Assembly: GCA_965207575.1 (NCBI GenBank)
Contig: OZ242288.1
Coordinates: forward strand, 3,929,879-3,993,878
Length of the DNA: 64,000 nucleotides
Direction: 5' to 3'
DNA from: an uncultured Candidatus Binatia bacterium
Lineage (GTDB): Bacteria; Desulfobacterota; Binatia; Bin18
The notes beneath the pieces are model-generated. The model saw only the letters and a list, made by a program, of their open reading frames with translations. It searched no databases and was not told the DNA's origin. Made by a program: the position numbers and the translations under genes. This document shows, piece after piece, positions 47,066-56,226 of the stretch (position 1 is its first letter; each line of letters starts with the position of its first letter).

Positions 47066-48151
47066 ATGTCTTCCCAGCCAAGTAGTGATCTCGATCAGGT
47101 CCGCGCCTACTTCCGCAACTTCGGTCTGAAACAGGCACCGGAAAACGGCTCGCCCCTGTACCACGCCTTATCGGTAGGCGTGCTGGACGACCCCGACATG
47201 CTGCGCTTTGCCGCAAGCTGTCCGCCCTCGCAACCGTCGGCAAATCTGCTGTTCGGCGCAGTGCATTATCTCCTCCTGGGTGGAGTCCGCCATCCCTTGC
47301 GCGCCTTCTACCCGGACGTGGTTGCTTCAGAAAAGGCACCGCGTCCGTCCTCCCAGGAGACCTATCCACTGTTTCAAGACTTTGTGTGGCATCACACCGA
47401 GACAATCAGGCAGCTCATCACAACCCGTTTGGTCCAAACCAACGTCGTCCGCCGCACGACCTGTCTTCTGCCGGTCTTTGCTCAGCTTGCACGAGAGTCC
47501 GGGAATCAGCCCCTCTCGATGATTGAGGTCGGAAGCAGCGCCGGACTGAACCTCCATTGGGATCGTTATTACCATCGCTATGAGTATCCGTCCGGGACAA
47601 GCAGAACGTGGGGCGCCAAGAACGCAGCCGTCCGGCTTTCAACCCAGGTCAGAGGGACCGTCCCCCTCCCGCCCCTACCCGAAGAATTCCGTATTGCCTG
47701 GCGCGCGGGGATCGACATCAACCCGATTGACGTGACGGACGCGGATGCCATGCGCTGGCTGCGTGCGCTCATCTTTCCCGAGCACCTGGAGCGGCACCAG
47801 GAGACTGAAGCCGCTGCCCGCATCGCCCGCGATCATCCGGTGCCGATTGTGACAGGCGACGCGCTCATCCATTTGCCCGACCTGTTAGCCCAGGCCCCAC
47901 AGGACTCACACCTGTGTCTCTACGCTTCCATGGTCCTCTACCAATTCTCGCCTGAAGCCCGCAAGGATTTGTGGAAACTGTTGGCCGCATTCTCAGCAAC
48001 CCGGCCCGTCTCCGTCATCATTCTGGATGGCGTCCCACAAGGCTGGGCACAGCTTCTTATCAGGGATTTCAGAAGCGGCGACTATACCAAGCGACACCTA
48101 GCCGCAGCCCATGCCCACGGGCGTTGGCTGGAATGGCGGGAGATCGCATGA
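47066..48151 (+). CDS. DUF2332-like protein of unknown function
   Basis: 361 aa soluble; resemblance to DUF2332 called from memory only. Confidence 0.4.
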   Translation: MSSQPSSDLDQVRAYFRNFGLKQAPENGSPLYHALSVGVLDDPDMLRFAASCPPSQPSANLLFGAVHYLLLGGVRHPLRAFYPDVVASEKAPRPSSQETYPLFQDFVWHHTETIRQLITTRLVQTNVVRRTTCLLPVFAQLARESGNQPLSMIEVGSSAGLNLHWDRYYHRYEYPSGTSRTWGAKNAAVRLSTQVRGTVPLPPLPEEFRIAWRAGIDINPIDVTDADAMRWLRALIFPEHLERHQETEAAARIARDHPVPIVTGDALIHLPDLLAQAPQDSHLCLYASMVLYQFSPEARKDLWKLLAAFSATRPVSVIILDGVPQGWAQLLIRDFRSGDYTKRHLAAAHAHGRWLEWREIA

Positions 48152-48215
48152 AGCAGGAAAGAGTGCCAGAGGGAGTCAAAAAGGTGATTTTCGTTCCTTA
48201 AAATACATCCTTCTC

Positions 48216-48437
48216 CTAAGCGACTTCTTGCATTGGACGTATTTTAGGTTTTGGAAGAGCCCGTCCCGAGGCTTGGAGTGCGGTTAAGACCTCATCCACG
48301 ACTTGGCAGAGGTCTTTATAGAGCGCAATCGGATCGTTGCCGTGAATCCCGGTAATAACGTCGGGACAGTGGCCCAAGTAAACACTGTCCTCCTCGCTCC
48401 ACTCAATCCACTTGTGGTATTGATCACTCGGTTTCAT
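48216..48437 (-). CDS. hicB: HicB-family antitoxin (short form)
   Basis: MKPSDQYHKWIEWSEEDSVYLGHCPDVITGIHGNDPIALYKDLCQVVDEVL typical HicB_like N-domain; overlaps the hicA end. Confidence 0.55.
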   Translation of the reverse strand: MKPSDQYHKWIEWSEEDSVYLGHCPDVITGIHGNDPIALYKDLCQVVDEVLTALQASGRALPKPKIRPMQEVA

Positions 48438-48636
48438 TGCCCACCTCTTCGAGAGCACGCCGGATTTGTCTTTCCTGGTACGGCTTTGCATCGTCGCCAA
48501 GTTTTCCACTGACAGTCACTGCGCCGGAGAAATTTCGATGTAAAAACTTTCGATGAGAGCCTTTCCCACCACCTTTGAGTTCCGTGAATCCCGCTGATTT
48601 CAAGGCTGCTATAAGTTGTCTCACTTTCTGTGGCAC
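48424..48636 (-). CDS. hicA: HicA-family toxin
   Basis: 70 aa; ...LKGGGKGSHRKFLH HicA motif; low-GC islet. Confidence 0.6.
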   Translation of the reverse strand: MPQKVRQLIAALKSAGFTELKGGGKGSHRKFLHRNFSGAVTVSGKLGDDAKPYQERQIRRALEEVGNETE

Positions 48637-48762
48637 AAGTCCGCTCCGCTTCCCATCTCCATACAGTGCGTCAATACTACCTCCTATAAAGCGTACAGAA
48701 CAAGCTGCTCTCTTGGCCCCAACGACTCAAGATGCTATGGCCCAAGAAAAAGGAGGACACTT

Positions 48763-49143
48763 ATGAGCGCATCTGACGCGCGGGCGGCAACGAGTTCCTA
48801 TACCGAAGCCGACCCGCAACTGTACGCCTTTCTCGACTGGATGGAGCAGCAGGACCCCGACTATGCCAAGGCATTCCGCGCCTATGGCGAGAAGGGCACC
48901 GGGGAGGGCCAGGCCCTTCCGGTCAAATATCGTGAAATGGTCATGACCGCCATTCTGGTGTTTGCGGGCCGGAAGGAGGGAGCCGTGGCCCATCTCAAAC
49001 GGGCAATCGAACATGGAGCCACAAAGCGCGAGCTGTTCGAGGCCGGCCAATCCGCGGCTATTCCCGGCGGCGGGATCACCTTGGGCTTATGGATGCAGAT
49101 CCTCACCCAACTCGATAGCGAAGGCGCTTTTATCAACGGCTAG
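48763..49143 (+). CDS. carboxymuconolactone decarboxylase-family protein
   Basis: start at internal ATG with AAAGGAGG RBS; 126 aa CMD fold. Confidence 0.6.
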   Translation: MSASDARAATSSYTEADPQLYAFLDWMEQQDPDYAKAFRAYGEKGTGEGQALPVKYREMVMTAILVFAGRKEGAVAHLKRAIEHGATKRELFEAGQSAAIPGGGITLGLWMQILTQLDSEGAFING

Positions 49144-49160
49144 AGAAGGAGGGAGTTGCT

Positions 49161-49676
49161 ATGGCACAAGCAGCGACAGCGTCGTCCGAGCCGATTCACC
49201 CTCAAACCTGCATTGGTCACATTCATCTGACGGTAACCGACCTGGAGCGCTCATTAGCCTTTTACCGCGACCTGTTGGGCTTTGAGGAGACCATGCGCTA
49301 CAAGGATTCGGCCGTGTTTCTGTCCGCCGGCGGCTACCATCACCACCTGGCACTGAATACCTGGGCCGGACCGGAGGCCAGCCCGCCCCCACCCGGACAT
49401 ACCGGGCTGTATCACTTTGCCATTCTCTACCCCAGCCGTCGGGAACTGGCCCGGGCGGTGAAGGCGCTGCGGCGGGCCGACTACCCGTTGCAGGGCACCT
49501 CCGACCACGGCGTGTCCGAGTCCGTCTACCTGGCTGACCCGGACGGCAACGGGGTGGAACTGTCGGTTGACCGGCCGCCCGAGACCTGGTCCCGCGACGC
49601 GCAGGGCAATATTCAGGCTGGCCGCGGGAAGGTGGACCTGGACGAGCTCCTGGCCGAGTTGGAGGAAAGGGCCTAG
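49161..49676 (+). CDS. VOC-family protein (glyoxalase/extradiol-dioxygenase fold)
   Basis: 171 aa; IGHIHLTVTDLERSLAFYRDLLGF; GAAGGAGGG RBS. Confidence 0.7.
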   Translation: MAQAATASSEPIHPQTCIGHIHLTVTDLERSLAFYRDLLGFEETMRYKDSAVFLSAGGYHHHLALNTWAGPEASPPPPGHTGLYHFAILYPSRRELARAVKALRRADYPLQGTSDHGVSESVYLADPDGNGVELSVDRPPETWSRDAQGNIQAGRGKVDLDELLAELEERA

Positions 49677-49678
49677 GC

Positions 49679-50863
49679 ATGGATTTCAAATTCAGCCCGG
49701 AAGACGAAGCCTTTCGGCGGGAGTTCAGAAGCTGGCTCGAACACCATATTCCCCGCGACTGGCGAGACGACGAATTGCACGACCCCGACACCCTGGAAGA
49801 GTTCGAGCGGCGGCGTGCCTGGCACCGCCAGTTGTACGACGGAGGCTGGATGTGCATCCACTGGCCCCAGGAATATGGTGGCCGAGGTGCGAGCCTAGTC
49901 CAGCAGGTCATCTACCATCAGGAACTCGACCGCGCCAAGGCTCCGCCGACGGTCAATTTTCAGGGCATCGCGCGGGTGGGACCGACGCTGATGCAATGGG
50001 GTACGCCGGAACAGAAACAGCGCTATATCCCCAGGATTCCGCCGGCCGAGGAGATCTGGTGTCAGGGTCTGTCAGAGCCCGACCACGGCTCCGACCTGGC
50101 CGCGGTTGAGACGCGGGCCGTTGACCGGGGCGACCACTTCCTGGTCAACGGTTCCAAGGTCTGGACCTCCAACGCCCACCGCGCCGACTTCACGACCCTG
50201 CTGTGTCGGACCGACCCCGATGCGCCCAAGCATAAAGGCCTCAGCTATCTGCTGGTCGATATGAAAAGCCCCGGCATCACCGTGCGGCCGCTGGTCCAGA
50301 TGACCGGGGAGAGTGGATTCAACCAGGTATTTTTTGATGATGTCCAGGTTCCCCTGGCCAACCTTGTTGGAGAGAAGAACCGCGGCTGGATGGTCGCCAT
50401 GACCAATATGATGTTCGAGCGCACGATTCACGGCGGGCGCACCGACATGATGGTCGAGGTCAGACAGCTCACCGAATTGGCCAAAAAAGTAGACCGGGGC
50501 GGTCGCCCGGCCTGGGAGGATAGCTATGTGCGGCAACGCCTGGCCGGCTTCGCCTGCGAGGCCGCGGCGCTCAAATACACCAGTTTTCGGCAGCTCACCA
50601 GCCAACTCAAAGGGCTGCCGCCCGGGCCGGAGGGCTCGATGATGAAGCTCGGTACGAGCGGCCTGAACCTGCGCATGCAGGACTTTGCCATGGAGCTGCT
50701 GGGTCCCTATAGCCAGTTTGAATATCAGGCCAGCGGGGCGATTGACCGCGGCAAATGGTCGCATCGCATGCTGGCGGCGCGGCGTGGCACCATTGCGGCC
50801 GGGACCAACGAGATTCAGCACAACATCATCGGCGAGCGAGTCCTCGGGCTGCCCAAGGGCTGA
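49679..50863 (+). CDS. acyl-CoA dehydrogenase family protein
   Basis: 394 aa; GLSEPDHGSDLAA and ACAD C-terminal helices. Confidence 0.8.
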   Translation: MDFKFSPEDEAFRREFRSWLEHHIPRDWRDDELHDPDTLEEFERRRAWHRQLYDGGWMCIHWPQEYGGRGASLVQQVIYHQELDRAKAPPTVNFQGIARVGPTLMQWGTPEQKQRYIPRIPPAEEIWCQGLSEPDHGSDLAAVETRAVDRGDHFLVNGSKVWTSNAHRADFTTLLCRTDPDAPKHKGLSYLLVDMKSPGITVRPLVQMTGESGFNQVFFDDVQVPLANLVGEKNRGWMVAMTNMMFERTIHGGRTDMMVEVRQLTELAKKVDRGGRPAWEDSYVRQRLAGFACEAAALKYTSFRQLTSQLKGLPPGPEGSMMKLGTSGLNLRMQDFAMELLGPYSQFEYQASGAIDRGKWSHRMLAARRGTIAAGTNEIQHNIIGERVLGLPKG

Positions 50864-50970
50864 TCGGCCCTCTATTCTTGTGATAACAGAGGTCCCGTGA
50901 CGACAGAGGTGATACCAAACAACGGCCCGAGCGGCTATGAATAAGCAGCACAAAGCGGAGGGAGCTGACC

Positions 50971-52089
50971 ATGCGTGACGGATTCAAAATTGTCGATACC
51001 GATTCTCATATGATGGAGCCGGACTGGCTGTGGGAACGGCATATGGAGGACGCGTATAAGGCCGAAGCGCCCCGGATGGGCGAGGCACCGGGGTCGGGAC
51101 GCCGCACCTTTCTGGTCGAAGGCGAGTCGTTTACCCGTGAAAAGGGCAAATACCCGATGGCGGCCAAGGCGTTTCTCAAGGCCGCGTATAAGGCCATGGA
51201 CCGCTTTGAGCGAGCCAAAGAAACCGGCTTTAGCGCCAAAAGCCGACTCATGGACATGGACGAGCAAGGCGTGGATGTCCAGATTCTCTACCCGACCTAT
51301 ACCGGCCAGATGCTCGGTCGCGAGTTCCGCGACACCAAACTGCTGGCGGCCTGCTGCCGGGCCTACAACAACTGGGCCGCCGACTACACCTCCGAAGCGC
51401 CCGAACGGCTGCGCTGGGCCGCAGCTCTGCCCATGCAGGAACCGGAGGAAGCGATCAAAGAGGCTGAACGCGCCGCGGCAAACGGCTGCGTGAGTTATTA
51501 TATGCGGCCCAACCCGGTCGGCGGCCGGACGCTGTGGCATGAGGACTATCATCCGCTGTGGGCAACCATCGAAAAGCTGGGCAAGCCTATCTCAACCCAT
51601 GACTCGGCTTCGGCCTCGGTGCCCTCGTTTGGCGACCGCATGGACACGCATACCAGCGGCCATATTTTATCCCATCCGTTTGAGGCCATGGCCGCCATGG
51701 CCGGCCTGATCTGGTTCGGTATCTTTGAAAAATTCCCCCAGCTCAAGGTCATCCACGTCGAGGGCGACGGCGGCTGGACCCCGTACTGGCTGCAACGTAT
51801 GGAGCAACACTGGCAGTTCAGCGGCAATGCCGAACATGAATATCTCACCCGGCCGCCGACGGAGTATTTTCGTAGCAATGTGTGCGTGGGCTTTCGGGGT
51901 GACGAGCCCACCATGAAAGCTGCGGTGGAGTTGGTGGGTGACGATAATTTCACCTGGGACTCCGACTATCCGCATCCGGACGGCACCTATCCGTGGGGCG
52001 TGCAATCTATGCTCGATCAGCCCATTCCCGAAGAGTCGAAACGCAAGCTGTTCTGGGATAACGGGGCGCGTATTTTCAATCTGGAGTAG
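50971..52089 (+). CDS. amidohydrolase-2 family (ACMSD-like) protein
   Basis: 372 aa; IVDTDSHMMEP ... WDSDYPHPDG. Confidence 0.75.
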   Translation: MRDGFKIVDTDSHMMEPDWLWERHMEDAYKAEAPRMGEAPGSGRRTFLVEGESFTREKGKYPMAAKAFLKAAYKAMDRFERAKETGFSAKSRLMDMDEQGVDVQILYPTYTGQMLGREFRDTKLLAACCRAYNNWAADYTSEAPERLRWAAALPMQEPEEAIKEAERAAANGCVSYYMRPNPVGGRTLWHEDYHPLWATIEKLGKPISTHDSASASVPSFGDRMDTHTSGHILSHPFEAMAAMAGLIWFGIFEKFPQLKVIHVEGDGGWTPYWLQRMEQHWQFSGNAEHEYLTRPPTEYFRSNVCVGFRGDEPTMKAAVELVGDDNFTWDSDYPHPDGTYPWGVQSMLDQPIPEESKRKLFWDNGARIFNLE

Positions 52090-52112
52090 TCGCGGTTGCT
52101 GAGGAGACATAT

Positions 52113-52913
52113 ATGGATTTTAGCGGCAAAGTCGGCTTGGTAACGGGCGCAGCCTCGGGCATCGGCCGGGCGACCGCCCTGGGGTTTGCCCAGCGCGGCG
52201 GGGCGGTTGCGGTTGCTGACATCAACGCGGAGAACGCGAACGCGGTGGTCGCCGAGATCACGGCAGCGGGCGGAAACGCCATTACGGTGCTCGCCGATGT
52301 GACCCGGCAGGCCGACATTGACCGCATGATTGCGACCACGACGGACACCTTTGGCCGACTCGATTTTCTGCACAATAATGCCTTCGGGCTGCCCGCGGCT
52401 CGGCCTGACAGTCCGGTCATGGCCCGCACCGCCGACCTGGAAGACGCCGTCTGGGATAATATGATCGACTTGGGTTTGTCGTCGGTCTTTCACGCCATGA
52501 AAAAGGCGATTCCGATCATGCGCCAGAACGGCGGCGGGGCCATCGTCAACACCGCCTCCATTTCGGGTCTACGGGCCGATTACGGCATTGCCGCGTATAA
52601 CGCCGCCAAGGCCGGCGTGATCAATCTCACCCGGGTGGTGGCCGTGGAGTATGCCCGCGCCGGCATTCGGGCCAACTGCATCTGTCCGGGTGCCATCGAC
52701 ACGCCGCTGATCGCACCCGCCCTGGAGCAGCCGGGGTTTGCCGAGAAATTCGATGAGGTCATCCCCATGGGACGGCTGGGCAGGCCGGAAGAAATGGCCA
52801 ATGTCATCCTGTTTCTGGCCTCCGATCTGGCCTCGTTTGTGACTGGTGCGGCCTTTGTCGCCGACGGCGGCCAAACCGCCAAAACGGGCAGCCCGTCGTT
52901 TCTGCCGGAGTGA
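52113..52913 (+). CDS. SDR-family oxidoreductase
   Basis: GLVTGAASGIGRA Rossmann motif, YNAAK catalytic motif. Confidence 0.85.
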   Translation: MDFSGKVGLVTGAASGIGRATALGFAQRGGAVAVADINAENANAVVAEITAAGGNAITVLADVTRQADIDRMIATTTDTFGRLDFLHNNAFGLPAARPDSPVMARTADLEDAVWDNMIDLGLSSVFHAMKKAIPIMRQNGGGAIVNTASISGLRADYGIAAYNAAKAGVINLTRVVAVEYARAGIRANCICPGAIDTPLIAPALEQPGFAEKFDEVIPMGRLGRPEEMANVILFLASDLASFVTGAAFVADGGQTAKTGSPSFLPE

Positions 52914-52973
52914 TGACAACACCTTGTCCATTTCTCAGAGGGAAGAAACAGGGGAACAAAAAAGGAGGACAGC

Positions 52974-53411
52974 ATGGCAGACAAGAGTCTTGAGACGCAG
53001 ATGCAGGAAATGGTTGACCGCGAGGCGATCCGCAACCTGCCTTTGCAGTACTGTCACTGCGTGTGGCAACAGGACCTGGACGGATACGTCAACCTCTTTA
53101 CCGAAGACGGCTCGTTCTCGACCGACGACCCCAGCCTGCCGGGCGCACAGGGACACGACGGCTTGCGCACCATGATCAAGGGTGGCCTGGCGATGCAGCC
53201 TCGGCCTTTTATTCATAACCACGTCATTGAGCTGAGCGGGCCGGACCAAGCCACGGGGACGTGTTATGTGGAAGTCCACATGAACCGCGAGGGCAAAAAG
53301 TGGGAGATGAAGGGCTGGTATAACGACGAGTACGCCAAAGTTGACGGCGAGTGGAAGTTCAAATCGCGCCGGATTACAACCGATTCCTTTGGCCCCAAGG
53401 ACGCAGCTTAA
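52974..53411 (+). CDS. SnoaL-like / NTF2-fold protein
   Basis: 145 aa; paralog of 8151..8621 (…YC.C…LFTEDG… pattern). Confidence 0.6.
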   Translation: MADKSLETQMQEMVDREAIRNLPLQYCHCVWQQDLDGYVNLFTEDGSFSTDDPSLPGAQGHDGLRTMIKGGLAMQPRPFIHNHVIELSGPDQATGTCYVEVHMNREGKKWEMKGWYNDEYAKVDGEWKFKSRRITTDSFGPKDAA

Positions 53412-53424
53412 CGGAATCGGCAGC

Positions 53425-54258
53425 TCAGTCCCTGGGCACCTCGGCATACACGCGCTGCATGGTGTCCAGATGGCCCTGCGCATCCAGACCACCCCCGAGC
53501 GTGCGTAAACACACGTGGCTGAGGCCGGCTCGTCGCCAGCCGGCCACCCGGTCGCGCCATTCCGCCTCGCGGGGACCGACCACGGCTATACCGGCTTCGG
53601 TGCCGATATCCTGTGGGCTCCGGCCGGCCGTTTCGGCGGCGCGTAGAATATCAGCCTGTATGGCCGGGAACTCTTCCGGCGTACACAGCACGAACCAGCC
53701 GTCGGCCAGGCGTCCGACCCGGCGCCGAATGCGCGGGATGGGAACACTCTGCGCGCCTATCCAGAGTGGGATCGGCCGTTGGACCGGCAGCGGATTCAGA
53801 CCGGCCCCAGATACCTCGTCCCAGCGTCCGTCAAATTCAACCGTGAGCTGCGTCCAGAGCTGTTTGAGGAGGACCATCTGTTCCTCGCAGCGATCCCCCC
53901 GCGTCTGGAAGTCCGCACCCAGGGCGCGGTATTCCTCAGCGCTGGGACCAACACCGATGCCGAGCCGCAGGCGGCCGCCGGACAGCACGTCCAACTCCGC
54001 GGCCTGCTTAGCGACCAGCACGGTCTGGCGCGAGGGCAGGACAATGACCGAAGGCACCAGTTCTATCTTTCGCGTGATTGCGGCCACATAGGCCAGCAGC
54101 GTCAGCGGCTCGTGCACATAGCCGCTATCGGGTCGGAGAACCTGGTCCGGGACGCGCAAATGCGTATAGCCCAACTCGTCGGCCGTTTGGGCAAACGCCC
54201 GGATGGCTCCCAGATCGCCCTGAAGCTCTCTTACCGGCAGCGAAATCCCGATTCTCAT
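53425..54258 (-). CDS. LLM-class F420-dependent oxidoreductase
   Basis: start moved to MRIGISLP with AGGAG RBS. Confidence 0.7.
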   Translation of the reverse strand: MRIGISLPVRELQGDLGAIRAFAQTADELGYTHLRVPDQVLRPDSGYVHEPLTLLAYVAAITRKIELVPSVIVLPSRQTVLVAKQAAELDVLSGGRLRLGIGVGPSAEEYRALGADFQTRGDRCEEQMVLLKQLWTQLTVEFDGRWDEVSGAGLNPLPVQRPIPLWIGAQSVPIPRIRRRVGRLADGWFVLCTPEEFPAIQADILRAAETAGRSPQDIGTEAGIAVVGPREAEWRDRVAGWRRAGLSHVCLRTLGGGLDAQGHLDTMQRVYAEVPRD

Positions 54259-54323
54259 AAATTTTCTCCTACTCATTCAGCCCCTTTTCGTAGATGAAAG
54301 AGGCTCCTAAAGCTGTGTCGCAC

Positions 54324-54956
54324 TCAGAATTTCAACACCGCTTTCGCCGCCGCGCGTTGGCGGTACGCGGCGTCCCAGCGTGTGAGATGCGGATAGTCTC
54401 CAATGAGATCAAACTTGGCAAAGCGCATGAACTGCAAGGCCGCCTGAAGGGTGCAGTCGGCAACCGATACGCGATCGCCTAAGAGCAGTGCGCGACCGTC
54501 GGCTAAAACGTTCTCAAAGTACTGAAATGCAACCGGCAGGGTTTGCTTGGCCTGGGCCGCAGACACAGGATTAGGGGGAAGTCCGATAGGCGATTTCGTG
54601 GCGTGGACATAACGCCCGATTTGAATCAGCACACGGAGGTCGGCGATCCGTTCCAGCTCACGTGCGCGTATCCGTTCGCGCGTTCCATTCCCCCACATCG
54701 CCGGTTGGGGAAAGCACTCTTCCAAATACTCAATAATCGCCAGAGATTCGACAATATAATCCTTGTCCGCAACCTCCAGCACCGGCAGACTCCCAAACGG
54801 ATTGCGCGCCAGATGATCTGCACTCCTTTGCTCATTTTTGAGCGCGTTGACAAGGACCTGTTCGACACCCATCTCAGTCCCGGCGGCCGTTTTCTCGGCA
54901 ATATACAGCATCACTTTCGTGGGGTTTGGTGCGGCAGGAACCATATAGAGTTTCAT
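54324..54956 (-). CDS. glutathione S-transferase
   Basis: 210 aa; N-terminal thioredoxin-like region plus helical GST C-domain. Confidence 0.75.
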   Translation of the reverse strand: MKLYMVPAAPNPTKVMLYIAEKTAAGTEMGVEQVLVNALKNEQRSADHLARNPFGSLPVLEVADKDYIVESLAIIEYLEECFPQPAMWGNGTRERIRARELERIADLRVLIQIGRYVHATKSPIGLPPNPVSAAQAKQTLPVAFQYFENVLADGRALLLGDRVSVADCTLQAALQFMRFAKFDLIGDYPHLTRWDAAYRQRAAAKAVLKF

Positions 54957-55027
54957 TGTGCCTCCTGTGGGCTCGGACTATAGCGCTCGCATGCCAAAGA
55001 GACAAAGGGAGGCTGGGGAGAGACTAT

Positions 55028-55891
55028 TCACACCCGGATGTCTTCGACCGTGCTCCGGCGCAACTCTCGTCGCCGGGAAAGATCGTAGCGGCGGCCACGA
55101 TGCAGGACAGCGCGATTGTCCCAGATCACCAAGTCGCCCGGACGCCAGGTATGGCGGTACACAAACCGACGTTGCGTCGCGTGCTCTAAGAGCTCGGCGA
55201 GCAGGAGCCGCCCTTCCGGGACGGGCCAGCCCACAATATGCGTGGCATGCGCCCCGATAAAGAGCGTCTTACGCTGGGAGCCCGGATGGGTACGGACGAT
55301 AGGCCATGCCACAGTTGGGTATTTGGCCAGATCTTCCGGCGTGTACTGCTGGTCGCCGAGCTGGATACGCGAATGAAAGGCGGAGTGTTCGGCCACCAGC
55401 CCCTCGATCTCCGCCTTGAGCGTGTCCGGCAGCGCCTTGTAGGCTGCACGCATATCCGCGAACTCGGTTTCCCCTCCCGGCTCGGGCACAATGCAGGCCA
55501 GCAGCAGGGAATACTTGGCCGGCGGTTGCTTGAACGAGCTATCGCTGTGCCAGAGTTGGTTGGCCAGCATGGTAATCAGGCGTGGGTCGTCCCGCGCCAG
55601 AATCTGACTTTCGAGATCGACGTTGGAGATGTCGATCATTCCGGCCTCCTTGAACCGGCTCCGCCGCTGCAACACCTTGAGCAACCCCATATCAACGGGA
55701 CCGAGTGCGCGGGTAAACGCCATCTGCCGGGATTCGTCCAGAACCTGGTCGCGGAAGACCAGCACGGCGAACTCATCCAGAGCCGCCTCAATCTCGGCTG
55801 CTAAATCTGCATCAATTGGCCGCCGCAGATCAATCCCTTGGACCTCGGCAACGAACACGGGATGCAATGGAGACAGGGTGAGGGTGTGCAT
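55028..55891 (-). CDS. TauD/TfdA-family Fe(II)/2-oxoglutarate dioxygenase
   Basis: start moved to MHTLTL with AGGAGGG RBS; WHSDSSF and IWDNRAVLHRG motifs. Confidence 0.75.
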   Translation of the reverse strand: MHTLTLSPLHPVFVAEVQGIDLRRPIDADLAAEIEAALDEFAVLVFRDQVLDESRQMAFTRALGPVDMGLLKVLQRRSRFKEAGMIDISNVDLESQILARDDPRLITMLANQLWHSDSSFKQPPAKYSLLLACIVPEPGGETEFADMRAAYKALPDTLKAEIEGLVAEHSAFHSRIQLGDQQYTPEDLAKYPTVAWPIVRTHPGSQRKTLFIGAHATHIVGWPVPEGRLLLAELLEHATQRRFVYRHTWRPGDLVIWDNRAVLHRGRRYDLSRRRELRRSTVEDIRV

Positions 55892-56226
55892 GGGGTCTCC
55901 CTCCTGAGGCACGCATGGCCCTTCCAGGTTGAGTTCGGGTCCGCCTTTTACCCGATCAGGTCGAGTATGCCCGCCCGAGATCGATTTGGGAAGCGGTCCC
56001 GTAGGACCCGAGCAGGGCGATGTCGGCGTCGCCCCTACTGGACGATAAAATTCTGACTATATCTGCTGCCACGCCAATATGGTCCTCACTCCCAGGCGCT
56101 GCCAGTCGGGCCACGCCTACCCGGCGGAACGCATTGATTCTTCCCGCCTCAGCGTTTACGATTCGGAGACGTTTTCCTGCGGTCGTCCGGTCTGTGAGTA
56201 GAACCGTTTCGTAAAGGAGTGCACCC

